From assembly GCF_009914755.1 (NCBI RefSeq), contig NC_060929.1: a stretch of 64,000 nucleotides of DNA; one strand, 5' to 3'. The notes beneath the pieces are model-generated. The model was not told the DNA's origin and searched no databases. It was given only the letters and a program-made list of their open reading frames with translations. This document shows, piece by piece, positions 30,051 through 46,076 of the stretch. Made by a program: the position numbers and the translations under genes. Source of the DNA: the human T2T-CHM13v2.0 reference genome, Homo sapiens. How positions within the stretch are numbered: position 1 is the first letter of the stretch; the number at the start of each line of letters is the position of its first letter.

Positions 30051-33000
30051 TTATTATTTTATTATTTCTAAAAATTATGTTATGTAAAACTATTTTCTAA
30101 AGCCTCTGGGATTGCTGAGTCTGAAAGTAAGCAACTAAATTAGAAAGAATTTAAGAATAATATTCTCATAACAAATACTGAGTTAATACCGAGGTCTAGA
30201 ATCTCATATACTGTGACAAAGTTAGCATTATTTCTCACTGCCCTGGGGAAATTACTCCCTGGACATGAGTCCCTGAGGCCTGAGGCAAGTCCACTCTGTA
30301 AGGCTACCACATGCCAGCAGATATGGGCATTATTCACTATTGAAAACTTTGCCATTTCAGATTTTATCTCAATTATAACATACCACACACTTACCTTTGT
30401 GTGTGTGCACATGCACACACACAGTTCTTAAATAGGTCTTCTGGAATTTTACACACCTATTGCCAAGATGTGACATTTTGTATCTACTAAAACCCTTGTT
30501 TAAAAGGCTATTTCATACCAATGACAAATACACATATACGCCTTGTTCCTGATAGTCCCCCATTTCCATAGAAGTTCTGAGTGGAGGGTTCTGGATGAAT
30601 CCTACATTATGAATTATTTTCTAAGTATTAGTCTGTATGTGTTTGTTAAGACTGTGCGTTCTCTGAGGGTGGAGCCCATGCCATGCCCATCCCTGCATCT
30701 TTTCACACAAAGTACATAACAAGCACTTGGCACTACTAAAGGCTGAAAGAATGTTTGCACAGTGAATAAGAAAAAAGCAGAACAACAAATTAACCTATTA
30801 ACACATTCATTGATTAGGCTACCTGTTTATAGTTTATTGCTTAGAACAATTACGTTGGTTGATAACTGCATCAGTAACAACTGCTATTACAGTATGGCAG
30901 GAAGAACTTCTCCCTAGCAGTGTGAAGAACAAGACTGTAGTTACAGCTCTGCCTCTATTAACTGTGTGTCTTTAGACAAGAAACTTTCAACAAGCATGCA
31001 AATACAGAGTTTAGTTTTTAAAAATGTACTGAAACACATCTGTGGAAAATTATCACCTGTCACATTTTCAGTACCAGATCAGTAGATACAACTATCTTGA
31101 TTTTTATAAAGCTTACTTCACAATAAAAATGTTGCTTTTGGAAATTGGGTGCATTATACCATTATACCCCTCTGAATGTTGTAACTTGAAGATCACAATG
31201 CAGTAGCCCATGTGAACGTACCGGCTACCATTTCTGTCTAAATATGCTGTTCTAGAGAGATTTATAATCCTAGTAAACCTTTAGTTGTAAGTATCTTAGG
31301 TACAGATTAGAACTGTGAGAATTGGTTGATTCACTCTCTTCAGAATCAGCAAAGCAATTTTGGATGATTTATTCACCTCCTGATATTCATGAGTTTAGAA
31401 ATGAGAATCAACTGCTACCATAGATATTTCCTCACCTTTCTGAATCCAGAAAATGCCTTCAATGACCATCTAATTTTCTGAGCACCTTTTTCCATTAAGG
31501 AACAGGGGTAAAATGAACAGTGAAGTCACAATTTATATTTTTAATACTACAAAGGCTGCTGCCCAACTGTGATAATAAAAATCCAGGTAATCAATGACTT
31601 TCAGAATTTCTACTCTTTAGCAGCATATTGCTATACTTTAATATTTCAGTCTGCATTTATTTAGAAGAAAACTTCAACCTAAGGGAACATGTTCAGGCAC
31701 AAAAGCAAATATGCTTAAAAGCTAACCAGCCAAGACCCAAATTCTGGCCTTCTAAAGACATCACTGAGGGAAAAAAATCTTATAATTAGTAACAAGGAAG
31801 AGTATAACCATGCAGTGCTTAGTGTGAGTCTCATCAGGGAAACAGAAAATGATTTTAACATTATATGTTCAGTTTTAAAACGATATTTTAACAATGCTTA
31901 GTTATACGTCAAATATGCCTATATATGACAGTATCATGACAGTTAAGGTACAATTTCAGTCATATTTGATGTAAAAAGACAAATAAAATTTCTCATTAAG
32001 GAAAAGTATCCTTTGTGGAAAATTTAAATTTAAATCTATTAATTTAAAGCCCTAAACATATTTCACATAGGAAAAAAATCTGTAAGCATACTTCTTCAGA
32101 GAGGATTTAAAGCAATCAGCAAGGCAACATTAAATTATCATGGCTCTCGAGAAAAACAGAGGAGCAGTGTACAGAAGACCCTCACATCGGTGGCCCTGCG
32201 TCTTCCCTGTGGGCTGTGCCAACCCACTCTCTCCCCAGTAATGACTCTTTGTTTTTACTAAGTCCCAAAGAGCTGGGGAGAGCTCTGCAAAAAGAAGGGG
32301 GGGAGGGGTGGATGGAATGCAGCTGCAGGCTCTAAAACAATGCTGAGTCCATATATTTTGTTCCCAGTTAGAATAATGAAAAGAGTGGGGGGTTGAGACA
32401 GAATAAGCAAGGTAGGATCAACCATCCTATAGCTCTCAGTCTATAGTACCTCCACTCCTCATCTACTCTACCAAATCCAATCACCATTTGCTTGGGTTAA
32501 AAAGCTTATCTGTTAAAATTCAAACACCCATTAAGATTTAAACCCATCAGTCATTTATATCTAAATTGCTTCCATCAGTGAACTATACCAAGGCAAGGAA
32601 TAAAGTAGGAAGAGAAAGTAGAGCAGGCAAAGATAAACTGAGGGCACTTGGACACATGGAACAGGAAAGCTACAGGGGGACATAGGTAGGAAAATTTAGA
32701 AAAGGTGGTCTAAGATTTCAAATATAAACTGCCTGCTTTGCAATGCTGCTTGGGGCCCAGGGGCAACTAGTATGCTAGAGAAAACCATACTCCCTCCTAG
32801 ACTGCTAAAAACTGCAAGGGTCAGAATGGAGAGTTTGGAAGCCTGCACATATTGGTGCCCCATAATTTAGGGTTTTGGCATAACTTGATGCCTCCTTAGA
32901 AAATATCCTTTACTTGCATTTCCCAGGAGAAAGAATTAAGGGAAGCATCAGCCCTAGAACCCTACTGCTCCTAGTAAGAGAAATGCAGCTCAAACCTTAT

Positions 33001-34326
33001 ACTCTTCCTCTAGCCCTCTTCTCCCAAGATAATCCTTTAGTGAAAATCCATGGAGCCCTCCAGGGCTGGTAGAATTAGGCCTGACCCTGGCACATCTCTT
33101 CAGATATTATTGCTGCCATTAAAATTTGCAGGAAAACTCAAGAAGCCTTAAATAAACACCTGAACTAAGCCCTCAAATAGAAAATCAGCATGTGCTAATG
33201 ACTACCTACTAAAAAGCTATACAACAAAATTCAGAAGAATACTTATTCCAGTTAGGATCCCATTCATGAACACTTAGTCACTGAAGAGGAAAACAGGACT
33301 TAATTGTAAAGCTGTCATGTAGAAGCAAAACTCTGACATCCACACAAACATCTCCTTCAAGTAAGCATTACAAAACACATTTAGAAGTACTCTTGGCCTG
33401 TGTTGAATGATGTAATTAATCTGACTCTTGAACTGTTTTCCAGTTATAAAGGTTAGAAAGACTATTTATTTAAATTGACACTTTTGCATTTTGTGACATA
33501 AGAAAAATTCAGAAGTCTGTAGATTTACAATAATCAAGAATCTTCCTCCCTCAGCTTATGTTTTCTCTATAGCTCTAAAAATCCATTTACGGATATTACA
33601 AATTTCCATTTTATAGCTAATATATAGAGGCAAATATAGAATACATATTAATTTAAATGAAGAAGCAAAAAGAATAATTGAGTCTACTATTTATTTTATT
33701 ACTATGAAATATTAATAGTAATAATTTTAAAGTACTGATTCTACTCCTGTAAACTTTATCATCTATCATAAAGACAAAATTCATAAGTCCATTTTATTAG
33801 GCATTATCATTTATTGTGCTTTTAAATGCAGTAATAAAATACACAGAAAACTTTGTTTATTCTGTATATATGAAAAACTCAATTTCTACTTACATATTTC
33901 ATTTCCTGGTATATACAACTTAAAAAAGTGCACACACAGCAAAATTTTGTTAATAGTAAAAGCAATTACAATCATAACTTGCCTGAAATAAATAATCCCG
34001 TATGGATGTTAAGCTGTGATAATACATACTCACATAATACCTTGATGTACGTTATACTTCAATAAAAAGGTTCAAACATGCAATTATCCATGTTATGGAT
34101 AAAAAAACACTGTCAATATCAATAACCATATATGAATTTTTTAAAAGTAAGTTAATAAAATAAGATAATTCAAGCATCTTAAAGATGTCAGAAATTTTCA
34201 TTTAGTCACAAAGCTCACAGAATGAGTGGCTGATTATAATAAAAGGGTCAACTGAAAACGGATTTTAAAAGTTGAATAGCGTGCAAGAACATTAGATTTG
34301 TTTGTTAAATCAATAAGAGTACTCAC

Positions 34327-34374
34327 CCCGTGGAGTCCTTGGAACTGGATTGAAGGTCGAAAAGGAATTAAATT
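34327..34374 (-). CDS. ELL2: ELL2 coding exon 2 (48 nt, NLIPFRPSIQFQGLHG)
   Basis: Polypyrimidine tract tttgtttcttttgtttcttttaatAG, donor GGG|GTGAGT, phase 0-0, in frame with exon 1. Too short for the ORF track. Confidence 0.95.
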
Positions 34375-34459
34375 CTATTAAAAGAAACAAAAGAAACAAA
34401 CAGGTAAACCTTGGTTACTGTGACATAGAACTAAATGTTTAAACTTTAAATCTATGTTA

Positions 34460-34617
<158 letters not shown>

Positions 34618-37600
34618 TATATGTATTTGGTCAGTGTCATAATGTGTGAAAATCTCTTTTCATTATATACTTTCTTTTGCATGTTACTATATTAAGATGC
34701 CTTGGATGAACCATATCACACTATTTACATTTCTCTCTGAACCACACAAACAAAATATATTTTTTGGCAGTGCAGCTAATCATGTTTTTGAAACTGACCA
34801 ACATGATTTGGCAAAAAATGGTTAGTATACCAATTCAATTTTACATTAAAAAAACTGTATTGTTGCATAGTTTCCTGGTATATTTTTAATAGGGGTGGGA
34901 GGAGGGAAGAGATAATTGGAGGAACTTTGCAATACTGTAACAGGATGCTAGAAATATAAAATTAAATATTTGAGAATAAACCTGTTTGCTATTTTCTCAC
35001 ATTTTATCAGAGATTTGTTTTTAATTGAGAGCCAAACAGGTTACCAGTTCTCTCACATGATTCTCACCAGGAGAATGTAATTTCTAGATCAGTGTTTTTT
35101 ATTATGAGCTTTTTCTTCTTGATAACTTCAATATTTTATCATAGAGTTGTGCATTTAGAAGAAAAGCTGTTATCATAAATGTCAGCCATAGTCTTTTGCA
35201 TGATTTCCTGTATTCAAAGTCACCAGCATATTTTTCTATGGGAAAGCTTTTCCAAATTGCCAACAGAAACCCACGAAGAAATCAGATTTGGGTAATGTTT
35301 AATGGTAGTACATCAGCCTATAAACTATTCACACCTTCATATTCAAATCCAATGTACAAAAACAGTGGTTTCTGGTCTCATCTCTACCCCAAATAAAAAT
35401 ATAGAGGCACTAATATGTTCCTCACCTCAGCTATAGCACATCACCTACTACTTCCAAATGCTTCCCAAAACTTCTCTGCAGACTTAAAAGTTTACTAATA
35501 GGGATTATAATAAATGAAAGAGAAAGAGAAATAAAGATAAGAACTTCTTTAAAAGACAGACCACCTGAATGTAAAATCAAGTGTAACATTAGCTATCTTA
35601 TTATTATTGATAAAAATGAATAAACAAATATCTTCTTGGAGAAAACATTATAATGGATACTGTTACTGTTCTACTACCATAAAAGATCATTTAACTTTAG
35701 ACTTATCAGCAGAATCTAAGTACTACTGGGTAACAAATTCATTTATTGGTGTGGGAGAAGTGAGCTTTTTAAAAAGGAAAAATAAAAAGGTAGTACCTGA
35801 ATTTTTAAAATCCAATTTTTTAGTAGATTTTCATTCTAATTCATGGTCTTTTATGAAAATATAAATATAGATTAACTTTCTTAAGGCGAAAAATGCCACC
35901 CCCAAACTACTTTCCACAGCTAAACTCACTCTTCCTGAAGTAATGAAAGCATGCCCATAGGGGCCTAGGTAGCCCCTCTTCATGTGGAAGAGTAAGGTGG
36001 CCCTACAATTGAGATTATACAGGTTCATGTTCCAGCTTTCACAATATTTCCATCAGTCCTGCTTTCTGAATGTCTCTCCAAATCAGAAGCACTGAACATA
36101 ACCTCATTACACTTCCCTCATTACACTTCCCTCCTTGAATTCTGGCAACTCAGAGGTTGTCTTCAGCTCACCAATGAAATTTGAAATTCTCTCTCCAACA
36201 AGTTCATTGATTCTTCTTGGTCAGATAAATGCAAACTTCTCAGCTTTCAAATTGCTGATATCCCCACTGGATATCCATCAGTCCTCCCAGCTCTCTGATC
36301 ACACCTTTCATTTCGAAAGGCTAGTGCCTTTCCTTTCCTCTTTCTAGATCCATTTCATCCTGGAGGCTCACTGAACCTGTTGGGTGATAACTCTGAATCT
36401 CTTCTCCATTCCTCAGCTGGCACCTCTGCATAGCCTGCTACTTACTACTGCTGATAGGACATTTTGCATTAGAAACTCACAATGGCAGCAAATCTCAATG
36501 ACTGGCAAATATGAAACTAATTCCCCCATCCCCAGCCTTCCCAACCAAACCGTCACCTCTTTCTTACTTTTCTGGCAAAGGCACTTTTATCCTCTTGGTT
36601 ATCCAGGCTCGCCACCTTAAAATTAACTTACAGTCTCTTCTCTCCCCGACTTCATATTCTATTAGTCGTTTACATACTACATGCCACTAGAATCACAGGA
36701 TTCCAAATCCAGATGAGGCCTTAGAGATAATACAGTTGGCGCCTATGCCCCACAGGATCAGAACCCAAGACTCAATCTCCCTATTTTGCCATGCTGCTTT
36801 TCTTCTACTACCTTATGTTCCACACACATCTGTTAATGGGGTATTCAAGAGTGTGGGGGCATAATCCCTCATGCCAGAGAGTTCATCTTTTAGTTGGGGA
36901 AAATTTGAGAATGATTAAGTACTAGGCTAAGTAGCACTGGGAAGTGTAGTAAGAATTCTCAAAAAGGACAGTACGGGTTAGAACACATAAATGTTTATTG
37001 AAAAGGTGGCTCTTGAATAGCAGTTTAGAAAAGGTAAGTTCCAAGGAGAGAGAATACCCTGAGGAAAAAAGCAAGAAGACAGGAATGGACACTGTATGGT
37101 CAGAGGGCAGGTCTGTATGTGTACGCTTCTTTCCCACTTGAAATACAACAGCAAGGATGAGATCTGACCTGTAAATTCCTGCCTAATTTTTCCTTATCCT
37201 CAAAATGTGTCTTCATTTTTAGTTTCTATTTGCTACAGAATAGGGCAATAATTTAAGTTTCAGACCTCAGGATGACTCTGTCCAAAAAGTTTATCACTCT
37301 GAAATAATCCTGCCCTAATCCCCTCCCTAACCCCTCACTGATGGGTTTTACTCTTGCCTTTAACTTGATAAACTATTGGAGGCTCTCTCAATTTTTTGTA
37401 TAAGAGAGTTGCTCAAAGAAGTGTTTTGGGGGAAGGCAGCTCTTTCAGTTATGTGTAAAATAGATGGAGAGAGATGGATCAGGGCAGGGCAGGGGTGGAG
37501 AAGTGAGCTAGTGCAGTCCGGGCGGATGCTTTAGAAATACCCTGGAAGTGGTAATAAAGGCCTAAGTTAGTATGACTGCATCTGCAGCTAACAGGGGATA

Positions 37601-38859
37601 GTGGACAGAGCAGATATTCCCCAGGAAAAATGATAAGATGTGCTGAAAGCTTGAATATCAGACACCAAAGAAAGATGATGCCAGCGTGGCTCCAGGGCTC
37701 CCAGTCACCAAATCTGGCCACTCTGCCCCAAACTCCCTCAAATTAAGTTCTTAGTCTCCATTTCAAAAGCAAGACCCTTATCACCTCACAACTAGACAAT
37801 GGCTTTTTCCCTTCCTTGAAGTCCTTCCAAATTGTTCAAATAGCCAGCAGAACCTCTCTCATATACCACTGTTGGCCCACAGTAGTTCTTACCACTGTCT
37901 GTCAAAACAAAGCCAACTACTAAATAGAAAACACATCCGCTATCAACCAAGATCAACCAGAATCAACCAAGTTCATCTTCCACTTCCTCCCAACAATGGC
38001 TCAGCTATGTTAACCTTTGTTTGTTTTGCAAAGACTTTCCTCTCTAACTCTTTCCTGTTCTTCCAACCTGGCATAAATTCCCAAGCTCTACTTTGCCAAT
38101 CCATAGTTATTGCTTACTTAACATTCAAGCTCAACATTAATTTCCTCAGTGAGACCTTCCTTTGGATAAACCAGAAGTCAAACACTCAATGTTTCAATGT
38201 CTTCAAAGACCCAAAGGTCTTTGGAACAGATGGATGTAAGGCAACAAGGAGTGGTGAGTACCTGGAAAATGAATGCCCAAAGGAAAAAAATCCAAATTTA
38301 AAAATGTTAAACCTGTTTCTAGCCAAACAAAACTCTGGTGCCACCATTTTGCTAACTTGGAACTATGTAACTATGAGTTAAATCTCATTAGCTGTTTGTT
38401 CAGATCCCAGCATCTACTGTTCCACTACATAAGGTATATTTTTTCATAGGTTGTCTTATTCCTGATTGTTATGATACAGGAGTCTTAGGCATATGTAACT
38501 TACAAGTATTACGTGCTCAGCTAAAAAAAAAAAGTATTGTAAAATCATTTTGTATATGTTCTCTTTATATATGAAGTATACCACTATACACACTGTACAC
38601 ATATGCAGATTACTATTCAGGGTTGTACAGACAAGACAATATGTACTATTCTTCACAACAATTTAGAAACTTGAAATTTTGACTATATACAATCTTTTTT
38701 TACCTCACGCCCTGAATTTAGAACTTGACTTCTTGACATGCTTATAGTTCTACCTATACAGCTTGACTCCTCAACAAGAATAATTTTTATTTAGTTTTCT
38801 AATGTATGGCACAGAGCATTTTTATATCTATCGTCTCAAGTGAGCCTCCTAAAACCAGC

Positions 38860-39015
38860 CCTGGGTGGTAGGAAAGCATCATTATCCCCCATTTCAGAGA
38901 CAGAATAAATAATGAGTCTCTAAGAGGTAGAGTACATCGCTTAGGATCACAGACCTGGTGATTAGCAGAGTTGGGCCTTAAATCCAGTCCTCTGAATTCC
39001 AAATACAGTACTCTT
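38860..39015 (-). mobile_element. MIR SINE
   Basis: attatcccccatttcaga...ggatcacagacctggt..gcagagttggg..aatccagtcctctgaattcc. Confidence 0.7.
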
Positions 39016-39479
39016 TCTTTCTCTCTTGCCTCTGAAATGTGTTACCCCCTAGTGCTAAATATTTAAAAGACCTTAAATGTTCACTCAGTTCTTTTGGCAT
39101 TTTGTTTCCAAGGAAAATGAATTTCATAAAGTAATTATAATTTCCAAAAAAACTAAAGTATAATTTAGTTCAGTTTCTGATTAAAAACTGAAAAAAATAG
39201 TTTTTTTTTCCTTTAAGGATGATGTATAGTGAAAGAACATAAATATTTGTTACCATTTTATTTAATACATAATAAAACACTCATTTATGGAATAGTTGTA
39301 TGTACTTATCCAAACAGGGCAAACTAAGCTCATTGTTACTCAGAAATTCTTTTAAGATATCTAGCAATCTAGAAAAATACTTAAAAGAACCTCAAAGGCT
39401 TTACTGATTTTAATCCCAATTTTAGAAAAGAACATGTTAACTAGGCTGCAGCTCTTGAATGTTTTTAAAAATGCCATAA

Positions 39480-39924
<445 letters not shown>

Positions 39925-41164
39925 TTAGCCTAAGTTTAATTGTATAAACATGACCTCAACTCATTGTATCTTTAAACATTTGCTGAATACATTCCCATTA
40001 GAAATGAGTTTCAGGTAAGGCTTCAACTTTTGCTTTTAGCTTTAAGTAAATATTTTCACCAAGTAGCTCTTCTGAAAATCAAGTTACTCTAGGGCTTAAG
40101 GGAATAGTATTTGAGCTATAAGTAAGAGAGTTATCTTGTATCTATTTCCAACCAAGAACACAAAGGCAGATTGTAATTGGCTAGGGAAACTCCTTCAACA
40201 ACCTGATAAAAGTGATGGTTTGCAGTCAAAAGATTCTGTCAAATTTTAGTACTTTCACTGCTCTTAGAAGCTCCTTGAATTTACCCTTTATACCTCTTAT
40301 GAAATGTTGGGCATTCCTAAGCACAGAATAGTAGTATAGGCAATGCTAAAATGCTCTTAAGTTTGGTTATACTCTTGACATCTGCATTTACAAGCCAATG
40401 CTACTGCAACAAGAATTGCTCTATGACCAAAGAGATCTATGTACACTTATTTCCAGGGACTATTCCTCACAATATATCAGAACTATAAAAGTAATATATA
40501 ATTTACTGAGTCATTTTCCTAAGAAATATTCATTTTCCTAAGGAATATTAATTCTGACATGATTCCTTTGGGGTGGGAGAAGAGCACAGCTGTTTTTTTG
40601 GAGTTGAATAAAAAAGTTATCCTATAAAGGTAGTTTATAACCATCTCTTGATTATTTACATATTGCTTACCCATGTAAACAAATTAAATGTGTGGTTACC
40701 TTTCCCTTATCAACAACTGTCAGTTTTACAAATATACAAGCAAGAAATAGCATTCTGGGCCTAGAAAATAACAATATTTCTAAAAAATATTATAGAGATC
40801 TTTCCAACTTTATTCTTTAAGGTTAGAGATGTTTTTGAGACACCTTTAGCTTCCCTTTTGAACCCATCATGGAACTTTGAGTTAACTAAAGGTTAACTCT
40901 TGAATTATTCTTTACTTAATTCAAGAATTCTTAAATTATTTGAAATCAATCAGCAAGTATTTATTAAATACTTGGTATCTACCTTTGTATCTAAGCTGCA
41001 TTATAAGCCATGATAAAGATACTGCAAAAAAAAAAAAAAAATTCCAATGTCAAATATAATTTTGGAACTTTGCCCAAAACAAAAAAACTTTCTATAAGTG
41101 GTGATGGTTCAAGTGAGTACTTAAAGTGGATTGTTTAAAGAAACAGTTTTAGCTAACCAGTTAC

Positions 41165-41340
41165 TATTTGAGCGTTTACAATGTGTCAGGCACTATCCAT
41201 TTTTACTACCACCTCTGGGAATTCTCAGAAGCACCCTTGTGGGGTAGATACTATTATTCTCATTTCTCAGGTAAGTTCTGTGAATTACTGAAGGCTACAT
41301 GGCTAATAAGTGACCTGGGGCTCAGAACTGTGCTCTTATT
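41165..41340 (-). mobile_element. MIR SINE
   Basis: ttgagcgtttacaatgtgtcaggcact...gtagatactattattctcattt. Confidence 0.65.
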
Positions 41341-42201
41341 CAGCATTTTATATAGTTAGTCTTTCCTGCCCCTCTTCAACAATAGTAATATGAAATTTGA
41401 AACTGAAAGCCAGAGAATTAAGAATCACTTTTTTGGTTTTGCACTATGGCAGAAGGAAAATACCAGACAATTTGAGAACTTGTTTTTACTTGCACTAGTA
41501 AAAAGTAAATAAGTAGACATGCTTTTCCCTGGGATGCAACTTGGATAAAATAGATCATCTTTCTTTCCCCCTATGCTATTTAAGAACTGGTAGTAATGAT
41601 TCTTTTGTTCAAGAGTCACTTTTTTCTTTGTTCTTTAAGACATCATCTGATAGAGAACCCAAAGAAGACTATTTAATAATTATATTTTAACCACTGTAAT
41701 AAAAAATGTCTAGGCAAGGAGAGAGGAGGAAGAAAGAAAATTGGAGTTAAAAGCAGAAAATAGCACAAGAAATCAGACAGTTGATCCTGAAGAAATAAAA
41801 TACACTCAGCTCTTGTTAAAAGCCAATAATATGCTTAGAATAATACATGATATGAAATTTAGAAATAATCCAAAACTACTTTAAAAAATGGTATCTCCTT
41901 CTTTGCCTCAAACCTTTTATTAGATGCCAAAAAGAAAGTCATTAAGCTTCACAAAACCAATCTAGTATTTTTCCCTGTGAGTCAATGTAACCTTAGATTC
42001 AAAAGAAATTCCTTTTCTGCAGATTTGGAAGAACCAGATTAAAGAACATATGAAGTAAAGAATAATTTCTTTCTAGCCACTACAGCATGGAAAGAGTGAA
42101 ATATAAGGGATTATCAAAACCAACATCTATTTAGCACAATCCTTGTTTTGAAAGATAGCTTCTAGAAAATGGTGGCTATCTGATACATGCCAAGTTTTAT
42201 T

Positions 42202-42223
42202 TATATATATATATGTATGTATG

Positions 42224-42275
<52 letters not shown>
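42202..42275. repeat. (TA)n/(TATG)n microsatellite
   Basis: Direct reading. Confidence 0.95.
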
Positions 42276-42279
<4 letters not shown>

Positions 42280-42408
42280 CTTCATATATATGGTTGTCTT
42301 AAATCTTAGGATTTCAAATAGCTCTTGAACATGGAAGGCAAAAATCTAAACCAAACAACCAGCCAAAAAGTTAGTTACTGTGAACCAGCCTTTAAATCAA
42401 CAACACTT

Positions 42409-42805
<397 letters not shown>

Positions 42806-42974
42806 TTATATGTCAAATCTGACTGTAAATGCAAATAAAGATTTGTTTCCTGGGATCATGAACTCTAAAGCAGAAGTATAAGGAGAAGTGGTAAAATAAG
42901 CTTAGATTGGAAGATGAAGTTTTTTTTTTTAAAACTAGAAATTAATAAAATGTGGCATCTAAAACATTTTTTAC

Positions 42975-44420
42975 AAAGGGAGCCATTGGGGACTTGAAAC
43001 TGGGAGACTACTTGATCATATTTAATGTTCTGAAAAGATCACTCTAGCTGCTGTGGATTATGGGGGAAGGGTAGAAACTTGAAGGCCACCTCGAAGTTTA
43101 TGGCAGTGATCCTGAGGAGAGATGATGGTAACTGGGACTGGAATAGCAGTAATGGGTGGGGTTAGATTCAGGATATTTTGAAGGTGACAGTACTTGCTGA
43201 TAGATCAAATATGTCAAGAAAACAGGAGACAAATCAAGGGTTGCTAGTCAATTTCTAGGCAATTTGATAGAGAGTTCTGCCACTTACTGAGATAGGGAAC
43301 ACTTAGGTAGATAGAGATTTGAGGAGTAAAATCACGAGTTATTTTTAGAAACAGCGAAGATATGGAATCAACCTAAATGCCCATCAAAGGTAGACTGGAT
43401 TAAGAAAAGGTGGTACATATATACCATGGAATACAACACAGCAACGAAAAAGAATGAGATCATGTCCTTTGCAGCAACATAGATGGAGCTGGAGGCCATT
43501 ACCCTATGCAAACTAACACAGGAACAAAAAAACAAATACTGTATGTTTGCATTTATAAGTGAGAGCTAAACATTGAGTACGCATGGACATAAAGAGGGGA
43601 ATAACAGACACTAGGGCCTACTTTGAGGGTGGAGGGTGGAAGGAGGGTGAGGATCAAAAAACTACCTATTGGGTACTATGCTTATTACCTGGGTGATGAA
43701 ATAATCTGTACACCAAACCCCCATGACATGCAATTTACCTACATAACAAATCTGTACACATACCCCGAACCTAAAATAAAAGTTAAAAAAAAAATCTTAC
43801 TTGATCCCTCATGGAATCTCATATCAACAAAGGAGAGGATCTTTTATAATAACAAAATCAGGTAACACTTTTATAATTTCCTTTATGTCTGTACTTATTG
43901 AAATAGTTGATTGTCAGAAGATAGTTTTCTCCTTGCAATGATTAGCCATACCCTTGAGAAAAACTCCTAAAAGGGTATAAAACACAGTTTGGATATGTAA
44001 GGTTTGAGATATCTATTAAACTTTGATGAGGAAGTATATTGGAAATCAGTACTTGGAGCTAGAGAAAAGGATAGATCTGGAGATAAATATTTGGGAGTCA
44101 TTAATGTATAGATGACATTTAAATTCAAAGGACTAAATGAACTCACCTAGGGAGACTGAACAGATAAAGAGAAGAGATAGAGACCTCCAACATTCAGAGG
44201 CCAGTCAAACAGAGGAAAGTAGGCAAAGGAGAATGAGAAAGAATAGGCAGAGAGGTAGGAGGAAAATCAGGAAAGTGTTTCTAATAGGAAGAAGTGGTCA
44301 AGAGAATGGAATACCACTGAGGTCTGGTAAGATGGAAACAAAGAGATGACCACCGGATTTTAACAGGGACCTTGGCAGGTATAACCTCACGGGTGTGGTG
44401 GAAACAACGGGCTGAGCAGA
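42975..44420 (-). mobile_element. L2 remnant split by an L1 insertion
   Basis: gggagccattgg..aaaagatcactctagctgctgtgg..ggatattttgaagg on the left; ggatatgtaaggtttgagat..ctggagataaatatttgggagtca on the right. Confidence 0.7.
43350..43793 (+). mobile_element. Primate L1 (old L1PA/L1PB) 3' end
   Basis: tggaatcaacctaaatgcccatca...gagatcatgtcctttgcagcaaca...cctaaaataaaagttaaaaaaaaa. Confidence 0.92.
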
Positions 44421-45676
44421 GGATGGCAGGTAAAGAAGACATCTCTTTGAACACAGACTTTATAGTGTTCATTTTTTTTCACATTTGCCTGCTTCTACTA
44501 AAATGACAAGCACTTTCTTGGCAGGGACCATTCATGACTTATTCAGCTTTCTATCTCCAATGCCTAGTTCTATCCCTGGCAAATGTCAGAAGATAAATAC
44601 ATGTTTGCTGAGTGAACAAACGAATATTTGGTAGTTTAACTCTACCTCTTAACTTTTTATTAAAGAAAAAACATCTTAAGATACTCAGCTGACTTTTTAT
44701 TACATGGACACTTTTTCTGGCTCTTGAGGTATCATGGTTTCTAATAATGGAGCCAAAAGCAATGATATTAAATGTTATCTTAAAATATGCTAATACTTGT
44801 TTCTAGCTAAGCATATTTAAGTCTTAAAGTATCTCTGTGAATCTTATAAGAAAGTTCAAGCCTGGCTACACCCTTGAATAAGCTCACAGTTGAGTGAAAA
44901 AGTCTTCCAGACTAGGTTATCTCCCTGGATCAAGAAACAAGCGCTCATAATAGTCCATTACAATGTGTATGTATAGCAAAAGTTTTATGCACTCATGATT
45001 CTTTTGTTTTTCATAAGGAACTGCCAATAAAAAAGAAATAAAGGAATCAAAACACCAAAACAGAAATAGAGGTAATGTGAGGTAATTGAAAGCACTCCTT
45101 CAAGGACTTTAGGAATTACACTATTTCAAAATAAAACTTGAAATGTAAATCCAGGAACGTTATATAGAGTTACTTACGTTTCATTAATCAATAGGACAGA
45201 AACCACAGAAGGTCTGATTTCCATGTTAAAATAAAATTAGATTTCATATTATCAGTGCTTTATGATGGCCTTAAGTACAATTTATAGACGTTATTCAATA
45301 AAGAAAGTCTATAAAAATACAAACAAAATTTAAAATGCCCTGCTCAAAACCAAATTTTTTTCCCAAAGAATTTCAACTTTCCTCAAAACGTCAACAATCT
45401 CCAAAATTTCCATCCAAATAAAACAGTTTATATAAGACATGTTAAGTAATACAGCACTGTTTTATATATCTGTCTGCCTCAAACTCCTGAATATACTTCA
45501 CAAATATAAAACATCTAATCAAACCCAAGTCTTTTCATTATCAACTAAAAGACTGAGTGAATGTTCACCAAAATATCACTCACATCTTTATCTCTCCTAC
45601 CCCCAACTCCACTCTCCCAACTGCTTCCAATTTCCCTTTTTCTATTAGGGGTACTCCTCCTAGTGCCAATGGCTAG

Positions 45677-46076
<400 letters not shown>

